The translations under genes were made by a program, and so were the position numbers. A stretch of 64,000 bases of DNA from Cyanophora paradoxa CCMP329 (taxonomy: Eukaryota > Plantae > Glaucophyta), in the NCBI GenBank assembly GCA_004431415.1, contig QPMI01000619.1:57824-121823 (forward strand). Direction: 5' to 3'. Positions 36,353 to 48,519 of this stretch are shown in pieces (within the stretch, counting starts at the first letter, position 1; each line of letters begins with the position of its first letter). Under the pieces are notes generated by a model. The model did no database searches, was not told the origin of the DNA, and saw only the letters and a program-made list of their open reading frames with translations.

Positions 36353-39300
36353 ATGGGCCGGGACGCAGCGGGGAGCGCGGGCCAACCCGGCGCCTCGTCG
36401 GCCGCAGCAAACGCCGCGGGGGCCGCGGCGGAGCGGGCGCACCAGCCGCCGCTGCAGCTCGCCGCGAGGGCGCGCCCTTCCGTTCAGCATGACCAGCAGC
36501 AGCGGATGCCGTCGCCACCGCCGCTCGCCCCGGCGACCTTCGAGGAGGCCCGCGTCGGATTCGACCCCGTCCACCTCAACAAGAGCATCATGCGCGCCTC
36601 CCGGCGATCCGGTACCCTCACACCCGCCTCCGTACCCCTCCATTTAGCCCTGAGCGCCTCGCGTCAGACTGGGGCGGCATCGTGGACCTTGTGACCGGCT
36701 TTCGATTCCAGCTGGACCCCATCAACATCGCGACCTCGTTCAGGTGCCGCGTACCCCCCTCCTCGGAGTTATCGCCCTCCCTAGGGGTACGCTAAGCACC
36801 CCGTAGCGTGCTGGGGAAGGCGGTGGGGCGGGGCGACTGCCCCCTCAACAGCCTCGAGGCCCGCGGCGGCTTCCTCGCCATCGTCTGGTACCCCACCCGT
36901 ACCCCCCGGAGCGTCCCTCCTCGTACCCCCCTGACGTGGCGCAGGCACCGGCTGCTGTACGTGCACGACGAGATGTCGGCGCGCTGCATCTGCTCGATCG
37001 CCTACGGCCTCGCCCGCATGGGCCTCCGCGACGAGAAGGTGGACAGACACTCGAGACAACGCTCCGGACGCTTTCCCGCGGACCCTGACCCCCCCCCCCC
37101 CCCCCCCCACCCCCCGCCTTGCAGTTCCTCTCGATGGTCTCGCGGATGGCGCGGGCGCGCATCGGCGAGTTCGCCGCCGTCGACCTCGCCAACACCGCCT
37201 GGTGCGCCCCGGCCCCGCCCCGCCCCGCCCTAGCGCGGCCCGGCGTCCCTTCCCCGCCCCGCCCCGCTCCGCACCCCGAGACACAGGAGAGAGGCCGCCC
37301 CTCGGATTCGGGCCGCCCATCTGACTTCGTTCGCAGGTCGTTCGCGACGCTGCGGCAGCCGGACCCGCCCCTCTTCGACGCCATCGCCGCCGAGGCCGTG
37401 CGCCCCGCCCCCACCCCAGCCGCCCTACAGCCGCCCTGCACCCTCCCCGATCCTACATATCTCCTTGCCATGTCCCAGCCACCCTGTCCCAGCCGCCCCG
37501 TCCCAGGATGCTGGGCCATGCCCGGCGCCCCGCCCCCATCCAGCCTACAGCCGTCCTTCAGCCCTTTCCTCCAGCCCTTTTCTAGCGCCCGGCGCCCCGC
37601 TTTCATCCCAGCCGCCCTGCGCCCCTCCCACAGCTCTCCCACCCCGCTCTCCCACCCCGCCCTTCCTTCCCTCTGTTCCTTCCGCATCCTACAGCCCTTC
37701 TTTCTTCTCTGACTGACACCCTCCCCCGCCTCCCCCCCCCCCCCCCCCCCCCCCTCCCGCCCCCCCCTCGCCCCGGTGCAGGTGCGGCGCGGCCTCGGGG
37801 ACGTCGAGCCCAGCACATATCCATCCTCCTCTGGCGCGCCCCCGTACACCCCCACCCCTCCCCGACCCCTTCTGAACCCGTACCCCCCCTCCCCAGGTCG
37901 TTCGCGAAGCTGGACCAGGACGCGCCGGAGATGTTCGACGCCGCCGCCGCCGTCGTGCGCACCTGTACCCCCGCCCCATCCTTAAGGAACTTAGAAAGAA
38001 GAAGTAGAATAAGCCTCCTCCTCTGCGCCCCCCACCCCGCCGGCGCCCCCGACGCCTCATTCTCGGGCGTCAATCAGGTGCGGAGGGCGCCCGAGGCCTA
38101 CTCGGCGTGGTCCCTGGCCAACCTCATGTGGTCCTACGCCAAGCTCGCCAAGTGCGCCCCCCGGCCCCTCCCCCGCATCCGATCGGATCACATCACATCG
38201 CACCGAATCCGACCGGCTCCCCTTCCCTTCCCTCCCCGCCTTGGCGTAACTAACTTGTTCTTCCCTCTTCTTCTAACCTCTTCCCCCCGCTCAGGCGGGA
38301 CGAGGCGCTCTTCGAGGCGCTCGGGGGCGCCGCCCTCGACTCCGTGTCCGACTTCTCCTCCCAGGGCATCGGTCCGCCCTCCGCTATGTGATTCAATGAT
38401 AGATTCTCATAGTGGATTATAAGGCCTTTTCATTACTTTATACATGGGCATCGGTCCGCTCACTCATAATAAGAACTACCAAGGGTCTTCTTTAATAGAA
38501 TCGATGGGTTTTTATTGATTTGAATCGAGTGCGCCCCGCATCCTAAGTCTTCAGAACGCCCTAAGCGCCGGGGCGCCCGCCTCACTAACCCCCCTCTCCC
38601 CTCCCCTCCCCCCTAACTAACTCCGAACTGCCAACTTCGAACCGCTAACTCCGCTTCTCCTCGCAGCGAACGTGCTGTGGAGCGCTGCGACGCTGAAGCT
38701 GGCGGCGCCGCCCGCCCTGGTCCCCGCCTTCGCCGCCCAGGCCGCCGCCCGCCTCGACGAGTTCGACCCCCAGTGCGCCCCCTCCCCTTCGCCTCCCTCT
38801 TCTTAGCAAAGGCACCCTCCCCTTAGCTTTCTTGAGCTTCCTAGGGCCGCCCGCCCCGCCCCGTTCCGCCCCGCCCCGCCTTTCTTAGCTCAAGCTTTGC
38901 ATCCCAAAGCCGAGGGTGCCCTCCGCCCCGCCCCGCCCCCTCCCCTTCGCCTCCCCCTTCTGAGCGAAGTCACCCTCCCCTTCTCTGGAGCCCCTTGCCT
39001 TCGCCGCGCGAGCTGCAGCGCCCTGCCCCGCCCCGCCCCGCCCCGCCCCGCCCCCGTCCCCTCCTAAAGCTAAGGCCCCCCGCCTCCCTCCCCCCTCACG
39101 CCCCCTCCCCCCGCAGGTCGCTCTCGATCCTGGCGTGGTCGCTGGCCTCGCTGGGGGCCCTCTCCCCCGACCTCTGCTCCCGCGTCGCCGCCGCCGCCGC
39201 CCCCGCCGCCCCCGCCCTCATCCCCCAGCAGGCCCGCCCACCCCCTCCCTGCTCTTAGATTCGCTCCTCGCCCTTTCCTCGCCCTTTCTCCCCCCCTACA

Positions 39301-42300
39301 CGATGATTCTCCACGCCCCGCGGCCCCCGCGGCCTTTCCACGCCTTTCTCTTCCCCCTATGATTCCTTAGATTTTTAAGATTCCTACACGCCCCGCCGCC
39401 TCCCACGCCCCCTCCCCTCCCAAAATTCCTACGCGACTCCTAAGACTCCTACGCTCCTTTCCGCGCCCTTCTCTGCCCCCTACCCCCCCTCTGACTTCCC
39501 TGCTCCCGCCGCCCCGCGCCGGGATATGGGCTTAGATTCCTAAGAACTTCCGCTCCGCGCCCCGCCGCCTCCCACGCCCCCCCCCCTCCCCCCTACCCCC
39601 CCTCTAACTTCTCCCCCCCCACCCCCCCGCAGATGGCGACGATCGCGTGGGCGATCGCGACGTCGCGGGCGGGGGCGGGCCACGCGTGCGGCGCCGGGCC
39701 CGACGGCGTCGACGCCCCCTGCCCCGAGGTCGCCGGTGCGTGCAGACGAGAGGAGGGGAGGGGAGGGGAGGGGAGACGCGCTGGCGTCCCGCCTGTCCGC
39801 CTTGGGGGCCCCGGGTTACCTTGCCTGGTCGAACGCTAACGAGAGGGGAGGGGAGGGGAGGGGAGGGGAGACGCGGAGCGTCTTGTTGGCTCCCCCTCTT
39901 TCCTCGGCCTTGACGCGCCCTCTCTTTTCTTCTATCAGAGGACGGGAGCAGCGCCGAGGTCTCCCCCGGCCCCTCGGCCGAGGACGAGGCCACCGTGCGC
40001 GGCCTGTACCCCCCCTAACTTCGTTCGCGGCTCAGTCTCCGCTGCCTTTCTCAGGCCGCGTTCTTCTCGGCGGTGGCGGCGGCGGCGCGGCCCCTGCTCC
40101 CCTCCTTCAACCCCCAGGCCCGCCCGCCCCCTCCCTCCCGCACCCCCCCTTCCCCGCCCCTTTCTTCTTATACTATGCCCTCGCAGGAGCTCTCGATGTT
40201 CGTGTGGGCGCTGGCGGCGGTGCGGCACGGGGACGGCGCGCTCGCGGCGGCCGTCCACGTCGAGCTCGTCCGCCGCGTGCGCTTCCTCCTTCCTGTCGCC
40301 CTGTTCTCTTCTGTTTCCCTCACCACCCCCTCCGCAGGCGCCCTCTCTGGACGCGAGGAAGCTCTCCGTACTCGCCTGGGCCCTCGCCACCGTCCGCCCG
40401 CCCGCTTTTGCCCCGCCCCCGCCCCCCGCCCCCGTACCCTTAGGCTCTTAGGCTCCCAAGATTCCGCGCGCCTGCGGCCCCGCCCGCACCCCCGCCCCCG
40501 CCCCCGCACCCGCCCCGCTTTCACTTAGAGCCATTGCCTAAGCTTCGCCCTCGCCACCGTCCGCCCGCCCCCGCACCCAGCCCCCCGCCCCCACTCCCGC
40601 CTCCTAAGCTACCACTATCTACTATCTATCTATCTATCTAAAAGCCTTTATCGCCCGCCCCTGCCCCCGCCCTGCTTCTTCGAGCTCTTTGGAGCCTTCT
40701 CTCATTAAGCTTGAACTTCTAAGCTATGACCTAAGCTTCGCCCTCGCGCCTGAGTTTCCGGCCGCCTCCCACCGCGGGCCCGCCCCCCCCCCGACCCCCC
40801 CCCCCCTCCCTCTTCAGATGCGGCACCCCGACAGCGGGGAGGCGCTGGAGGCGCTGCTGGAGGCGGCCGCCGCCCGCGCCGACGAGATCGAGCCCCAGGT
40901 CCGCTCCGACACGCTATAGGGGCTAGAGAACGGCCTCCGGGCCGGACGGCTGGAGCGCGGCTAGAGAACGGGCGGCTGCAGAAGACAGCGCCTCGCCAGA
41001 TCTGATCTGATCTGATCTGATCCGGCTCCAACAGGGCGCGTCCAACCTGGCGTGGGCGATGGGGAGCCTGAAGCGCCCCAACGCGGCGCTGCTCGCCGGC
41101 GTCGCCCGCGTCGCGAGGGAGCGCGCCGCCGCCTTCTCGCCCCAGGCCCGCCCTCCCTCCCTTTCTCACTCGTCGTACCCCCTCCTAATCCTTTCCCCCG
41201 CAGGCCCTCTGCAACGTCGCCTGGTCCACTCCATCCTCTCCCCCCATCCCCCCCCTCTCCTCCCCCTCTCACCTCTTCCTCCCCCAGGTCCTTCGCGGCG
41301 CTGGAGGTGGACGACGCGGAGCTCTTCGACGCCGTCGCCGCGGAGGCCCTCCGCCGCCTCGAGGCCGACCCCCGCGCCCTCACCCCGCAGGCCCGCCCCC
41401 GGCCCCGCCCCGCCTTAGCGTTTCCACTAGAGTCTCACGCCGCTTCAACTAGCGTCTTGCGTCTAAGCAGGCCCGCCCCCCCTTGACTAGCGTCTGACGC
41501 CGAAACAATTAGCGTCTAACGCCGCATCTCTCAACTACGCACATCCTTCGTGGCTCTGACGCCCTGTCCTGGCTGGCTCGCGCGCAGGGCGCGGCGACGC
41601 TGGCGTGGGCCTTCTCCCACCGCGTCTGCGCGGCGGCGGCGGCCCGCGACGCCGTCCCGCCCCTCCGGCCCCGCGACTCCACCGACGACAACGCCGCCGA
41701 GGCCGCCGCCGCCGAGGCCCTCGACGTCCTGGTACCCCCCCCCCTTTCTCCCAAGTACCCCCACTCTTCCTTACGTTCAGCAGGAGCTGCCGGCGGCGTC
41801 GGCCCTGGCCTCTCCCTCCCCTTCCCCTTGTTCTCAGGCCTCGTCTTGGGCCTCGGGGGGCGCGCCGCTGCTGGAGGGCCTCGCGGGGCCCATCCCGCGC
41901 CTCTTCGCCGCCCTCGCCCGCGTCGTCGCCGCCCAGGTCCGTACCCTCCCTCCGCCCGCGCGGGGCGGCTGTGCGCAGCCTAAGACGGCCTGGCCAAGAT
42001 GCCCAAGGCGGCCTAAGATGGCATAGGCAGCGTAGCTCGGGGCGGGGGTCCGTCCTGACGGGCGAGCCTAGTCCTCCCAGTCCGAGGCTGGAGGGGCGCG
42101 TGCCCCGCCTCTTCTCTTACCTTTTCCCCAACCTTCTCGCCTTTCTCGCCATTGACCCCTTCGCCCGCGTCGCCGCCGCCCCGCAGGCCCACGACTTCCC
42201 CCCGCACGCCCTCACGTGCGCTCCCCCGTACCCCCCTCTCTTCCCCCCCCTCTTGAACGCCCCCCCCCCTACCCCTGCAGGACGGTCGCCTCGGCGTTCG

Positions 42301-44907
42301 GCTCGCTCCACGGGCCCCAGGTACACCCCCCCCCCCCCCCCCCCCCCCCTAGCCCAGCCCAGCCTAGCCCGGCCTGGCCTAGCTCACGCCCCCCCGCCTG
42401 CCTCCCCCGCAGCCTGCGCTGTTCGCGGCGATCGGGCGGGCGGCGGTGCGGCGGATGGCGGCCTTCGACGCGGGGGACGTCGCCGACCTCGCCGGCTCCT
42501 TCGCCACCCTCCGCCACGGCGACCTGTGCGCCCTTCTGCGCCGGACTGTATCTAGCTAGAGGCTCAAGGATCCGATCTTTTAGATCCAATCGCTAGATCT
42601 CAAGGATCCATTCTTTAGTCTGTAGAAGATCCAATCTTTAATCCGATCTCTTAGATCCAATCTTGTAGGCCCGGCTGACCCTGCGGGGCCGGGGCGCAGG
42701 GTACCCGAGTTCGTGCCGGCGGCGGCGGCGCGGGTGCGCGAGGTCGCCCCGCAGCTCTCCAGCTTCCAGGTGCGACACGCCCGCCCCCGCCCCCGCCCCG
42801 CGCGCCGCCCAGCGCCCTCCTCCCGCCTCGGATGGATGAACCCCCGCCCGCCCCAGATGAACCGGGTGTGCTGGGCGTTCGGGGCCGTCTTCAAGTACGA
42901 CGACCCCCGCCTCGTCGCCGCCCTCGAGGTGCCCCCGCCCGCCCGCCCGCCTCCGCCGCCCGTATTGCAGCGTCGTTCCTGCCACGCTCCTTTTACTACG
43001 CGCCACGTTCCTGTTACATGCCTATTATCACTACCCCCGGCCCCGCCCCCGCGCCCCTGCGCCACTAAGATGACATCGCACCACCGCCCGCCCGCCGCCC
43101 TGACGCGCGCCCGCGCGCGCGCCCGCAGGCGGAGATCGGGGCGCGGGTGGCGGGGTCGGGGCTGGACCCGATGGACGCCGCCAACGTCGCCCTCGGCCTC
43201 GCCTACCTCCAGGTCCGACCGTATCGCCTCGAACCCTCGCCCCTCCTCGCCCCCGCCTCCCTCCCCTCCGCCTCGCCGCCTCACCGCCCCCGCCCCCCCC
43301 CCCGCCTCAGGCCGGGGAGCGGGCGCTGCTGCGCGGGCTCGCGGCGGGCGCCCTGGCCCGCCTCGCGGGGATGGACCCCCGCGGCGCCGTCAACCTCGCC
43401 TGGTCCGCCCCCGGCCCTCGCGCCCCGCGCCCTCTCCTTAGAGAAGGCCGTCCAGCTTTAGAGATGGGCCTAGGCAGGGCGATTAGAATCAGGGCGAGTC
43501 CGCCCGCCCCGCCCCGCGCCCCCGCCCTCTCCTTCGAGAAGACCGTCTAGCTTTAGAGATAAGCCCAGAAACCGCCTCTGGGCGCCCTTAAGAGGCGCCG
43601 ATCCGATACCGATGTCAGTCTGATCTGATCTGATCTGAGCAGGTCGCTGGTGGTGCGGGGGGAGCACGAGGCGGCGGCCTCGCTGCTGGCGGCGGCCTTC
43701 CCCGCGGGGGCCCCCGCCCCGCCCCGCTTCCCCGCGGGGGGCCTCGGCCAGCTCGGCTGCATCCGCCTCGCCCTCCAGGTGCGCCTCTACCCCCCCCCCC
43801 CCCTAATATATATCGCTTCCACGTTATCATTCGTTTTTGTAAGCGACTTCACTTGAGACGATCTGTGCCCGGAGAGAGCGTGTCTCCTCCTCCCAGCTAG
43901 CTCAACAGCGACGCTGCCTCCCCCCCCCTCCTCCCCGGCGCTGACGCTGATACCCCCCTCCCATCCCCCCCCCCCCCTAGCTTGAGCGGCCCGACCTGCT
44001 GCCCTCCTTCCCGCGCACCTCGCCCCCGCCGTCGACGCCCACCTCGCCCGCCTCCGGGTACCCTACCCCCCCCCCGCCTCCCAAAATAGACCTTCCCGTT
44101 CCGACCGGTCTTGTTTTTTCCGCAGGAGGACGCCCCCTGCTCCTCCCTTCTGCACCGCAGCGTCGCCGCCGACCTCGCGGTACCCCCCCTTTCTTTCATC
44201 CCCCACCCATGGCCACCCCCGTTTCGAACCCTTTCGCCGCAGCGGGTGCGGCCGGGGTACGTCGAGGAGCACTTCGCGGGGTGCGCCGCGCCCTCCCTCC
44301 CTCCCGCCCCCGCCCTTTCACCTTATAATCCCTCCCTTCCTTTCCTCCCTTTCCCCCCCCCAGGGTCTACTTCCTGGACTTCGCGTGGGTGGGGGAGCGG
44401 GTGGCGCTGGAGGTCGACGGGCCCTCCCACTTCCTCGCCGTCTCCGGCCGGTGCGCCCGGCCCCCAGGGGATCCCTCTAGATCTGTCACAGAGAATCGTT
44501 GAAGTTTTAGAGCCTTTATGAGCCCCACACCTCTCATAGATTTTTTATTAAAACCGTGAACCTCTATTATTTATTCCTAGTTCGAGCTCCCTAAAGATCC
44601 TAGAAAGATGGTGTTAAAGACAAAAAAGCTTCCTCTTTTGGCCGAGCTGAAATGAAAGCCGGCGCCCGCAGGGCCGAGGGGGCGACGGCGCTGAAGGAGC
44701 GCCTCCTCTCCGCCGCCGGCTGGCGCGTCCTCCACCTCAGGTTCGAACCCCGCCGGGGCCCTTTCCTTCTCTTCTCAGGGGGGGCCGGGGCGCAGCCACT
44801 CGGACTGGCGGGCCCTGCCCGGGGGCCCGCCCCAGCGGGGCGCCTTCCTCAGGCGCCTTTTCTCGGAGGAGGCCGCCCCGGCTCCCGCTCCCGGGGAGCA
44901 GGAGTAG
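36353..44907 (+). CDS. OPR/FASTK-like helical-repeat protein with C-terminal RAP domain (organellar RNA metabolism)
   Basis: Many repeats of the type F.PQ.LAN..W.FA.L (DLANTAWSFATL, SLANLMWSYAKL, FSSQGIANVLWSAATL, FDPQSLSILAWSLASL). RAP signature YFLDFAWVGERVALEVDGPSHF...TALKERLLSAAGWRVLHLSHSDW. About 30 short exons. Confidence 0.9.
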
Positions 44908-46503
44908 GCCTAGGCGTAGGCCGCCCCCATATATAGCACCCGCCTCGCAGCGGGGCGCCTTTCTAAAATGTCTTCTCTCCACCCCGCCCCCGCTCCCGGC
45001 CTTGAACATGTGCCAGGCGCCGGCGCCGGCGGGCCCAAGCCCCAGGCCGGGGAGCAGGAGTAGGCGCCCGGGCCGGGCGGCCGCAGCCGCGGCTTTTCGC
45101 CTTGGCGCCTCTGCCATATGTTGTTGTACTTGTAGATTACCCTTCGAATTCTTCTTTCGGATTCGCATAACCTAGTGCGCGTAGTCGGACAGTTCATTCG
45201 TAGCCGCCCCAAGCCCCCCCGCGAGCTCGAGTACATGTATAGGCCGCCGGGTTGCAAGCCCCTGCGTGCAGCGCCGGTCCGGCCCAGTGAAGCATTGGAT
45301 GTTCGCTCTGTTGTTGATCTCCAACTTGTGATTCTTGAAATTTATATGCCTTGAACTTCGCCGAGTCGGAAAAAGAAAACTGTACACCGCTAGCGCTGCC
45401 AGGTCCGCTGGGGCGGGCCCCCAGGCTGCAGGGCCAATGGCCAGGCACTGGCCGCACTGCAGCCTGCAGGCAGGGACCGCTACAGCCTACCGGTAGTTAA
45501 TCTCCAAATTTTAAATCTCTTGAATTGTGATTCTTGAAATTTGTGATTCTTCAAATTATGGTTCTTGAAACTTAAATGCCTCGAAAAAGAGCACTTTCCG
45601 AAGTTCGATATCGATGGGCTGTCGGAGCTCAAGGATCGAACTTGTTTATACGAACTTTCGGAATCTGCAGTCGACGATGCCTTGAAGACTCGATGTCTCA
45701 TTCTCGCGAGCTCGAGGGTCTCCGAGGGGACCATGGCCATCTGTCCCGGAGCGCTAGCTATAGCCGGGCGCCCAGCTGCATGCGCAGGAATCGGTCGCGA
45801 TCGGTGCGTATGCACCCAAGAGCTACCTGTAAGCTATAGAGACTGGGAAACATTAGATCGCGATCGGCGAGTCCCGGAGAGGAGGCGCCTAAGGAAGCCT
45901 TGAAGGCGCCCCGCTAGCGCTGGGACGGGCCCCCGGCCCCCTGCCTGGGCGGCGGCCGCCGGCCCGGCGCCGGGCGAGCCGGCCCGGCGGCGGCGCCGGG
46001 GCCCGGGCCCAGCCGGAGCCGGCTCCCCGGGGCCCGGGCCGGGGCTCAGCGGCTGTTGAGCTGCTGAACTTGTGCAACAATTGTCAACTTGCAAGTGTCA
46101 ATTGCAATTTGTGATTCATGAGCATGAGGATTCAATTTTTTGTGCAGCTGCTTTTTTTAATCGCGCGGATTATAATTTGTACCCCCCGAGAAGCGGAACC
46201 GAGAAGCGGAACCAAGAAGCGGAACGTTTAACTTGCGATCGCGAGATCGAACTTTCGGAAGCGGAACCGAGTCGGCGATATCGATCGAGCCTCGGAGAAC
46301 TTCCGAGAAGTTCGGACCGGCCCGGCGGGCCGGCGGCGGCGGGGCGGCCGGGGCCCCGGGGGGCCGGCGGGCCGGCGGAATCACCGGACTCACCAGCGTC
46401 ACCGTCACGGCGTCGAGCTCGACTTGCCAGTGTTGCCACTGCCAGTGACTCGGTGAGTTGCCACTGACTTGCCAGGCTTTGGCCCGGCGCGCGGCGACGC
46501 CGG

Positions 46504-46572
46504 CGAGTCGCGAGACTCGCGATCGCGATCGCGAGTCGCGAGTCTCGCGACTCGCGAGTCGCGAGTCGCGAC
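46504..46572. repeat. TCGCGA-based palindromic repeat
   Basis: 18-bp inverted arms GAGTCGCGAGACTCGCGA / TCGCGAGTCTCGCGACTC. Confidence 0.8.
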
Positions 46573-46796
46573 TCCACTCGGACCCACTCGCGAGTCATGA
46601 TCACCGCCAACTCACCGGCCCGGCGGAGAAGCGGGGCACTGGCAGAACTTCCGAAGTTCGGAAATGCGGCCGTCGGGCCGACTCGCGTACCGTTACGTAT
46701 ACTACCGTAGTACTGCGGTGATGAACAGCATGCATATGCAAGCTGTGATCGTGAGCTCGAGGCTGTAACTGCCAGGCTGTTGGACACAGCTGCAGC

Positions 46797-47256
46797 TAGG
46801 GCACTGGCCGGGGGGGTCTCGCATTGGCCGGCGGCCCAGCCCAAGCCGCCAAAGTTCGGCCGCTGGCCCGGGGCTGGCCGCCAGCCTCCAGCCAAAACTT
46901 GGCCGGCCAGCTGGCGGCCAGCCTCTTGCTAGATCTCCGGGGCTTGGTCGGCCAGGCTGGCCAGCCGGCCAGCCTTAGAGCCCGCCCTGTTTAAGAATAG
47001 CCGTGATATAAACTCGCATTTCTAACTGGTTTATGACGCCTGTTAATAAAAAGCGCTGTTGATGTTATCAAGTCTCCCCCTCAAGCCCCACCCCTAGCCT
47101 CAAGCCTGCCCCCCAGCCAGTGCCACCGGCCAGCTGGCCGCCCATTCAAGCCGAAAAGTGCTGGCCCGGCTGGCCGACGAATCGGGAGGCTGGGCCAGCC
47201 CAAAAACCTTAAACCTGCCGGCCAGCTGGTCGGCCTGGCCGCCGGCCAGTGCCCTA
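46797..47256. mobile_element. MITE-like element (~460 bp)
   Basis: 15-bp inverted ends TAGGGCACTGGCCGG / CCGGCCAGTGCCCTA, GGCCAGC-type subterminal repeats and an AT-rich core. TSD ambiguous (TA at most). Confidence 0.5.
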
Positions 47257-47464
47257 TAGACACAGCCTCGTCCGACGGTCGAGTCGAACAGTCCGATCGC
47301 GACTGGGACTTCGGAAATTTTGCTGCATCGGCGCGGCGCCGGCAGTTGCCAGTACTTGTGCAATTTTGCAAGCTTAAGCTTACTAGTTCAGGCCCTCATC
47401 GCCTCAAGAGCACGATCGGGAGTCTGGAAACAGTCATTCGGCCCGGCGGGAATTCGGGATCACG

Positions 47465-47562
47465 ATGCAGATGTACGCGTCGCGCCCGCGGGCGATCGTG
47501 CTCGCGCTCCTTCTGGCCGCGGTGGTCTCGCTGACCGTCGCCGCCCTCGGCACCTTCAAGTG
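47465..47562 (+). CDS. First coding exon of a secreted or membrane protein (signal peptide)
   Basis: MQMYASRPRAIVLALLLAAVVSLTVAALGTFK followed by a GTGCGC donor, the motif used by other genes here. Confidence 0.55.
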
Positions 47563-48013
47563 GTGCGCGCACGCGATTCTAGGCCTACACAGCTACTAGG
47601 CCCGCCGGCCACCCGCGGCCAGTTCATCCGAGCATACTTTACCATATACTTGAAGATCGCGATCGTGCCATATTGAATGCATGCGCATCTATATATGCAT
47701 CCGATCACGATTATGATCATGATGGCGTCGATCACGAGTACGCCGCGCGCGGCGCCGGCTCTAGGCCTGATCATGACGCGCCCTATCATAGTAGTATCCG
47801 TGAAACTAAACTCCCCCATAGATCTAGATACCGATAGCTATATAGAGCTTCGTGCTACCGATAGATACCGATAGCTACCGATCCCCCTCGAACTCCACCA
47901 CGTGCCCTGCCCGCCCCCGCCCCCCTCCGCGGCCAGTTCATCCGATCATATGCATACACGCGCATACTTTGACATTTACGTACGCGTATACTTGGAGATC
48001 GTGCCATATATGC

Positions 48014-48311
48014 TGTTTTAGGAGGTTTTATACGTCCCAGTAGACCTTAGCAACCTTCCCGTAGCGTACCAGCAGCAGGCGAGCAGGCTGTCACGTTGCA
48101 AGAGAAAGCTGCTAATCACAGACTACTGTGTACCCTAGGACACGGCTACCGGAAAGTATCAAGCTAGAGTCAGAAAAAGTAGCTAGGGTCGCATCTTCGT
48201 ACAGGGGTACAGTGACTCAGGAAATCGCGAGAAGCCGCGGGTCAAGTCACGGTACTACTGCGAACGAAGTGCAAACGAAGCACTAACGGCTAGGAAACCC
48301 TATCGGCAACA
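48014..48311 (-). repeat. Candidate 3' LTR
   Basis: TGTT...AACA ends, ~210 bp downstream of the integrase stop, preceded on the element strand by purine-rich GAGGACCTGGAGAGC. Second LTR not in the window, so unconfirmed. Confidence 0.45.
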
Positions 48312-48519
48312 GCTCTCCAGGTCCTCACAGACGCTTCCACGCGGCTGGATCAGAAGAGATGTAGAGCTGCGCATTTGGTTGAGGGCAAACCAGGCAGCAG
48401 TGATCAGCCGCTGACCCAGCGCCAAGAGAGAATTCCCGAAACTCGCAAGCCACATCCCAGTGAAGGGCACGTCATCGACAACGGAAGTGAATCCGGTAAA
48501 CCGCAGTACGGGCTGTGAT

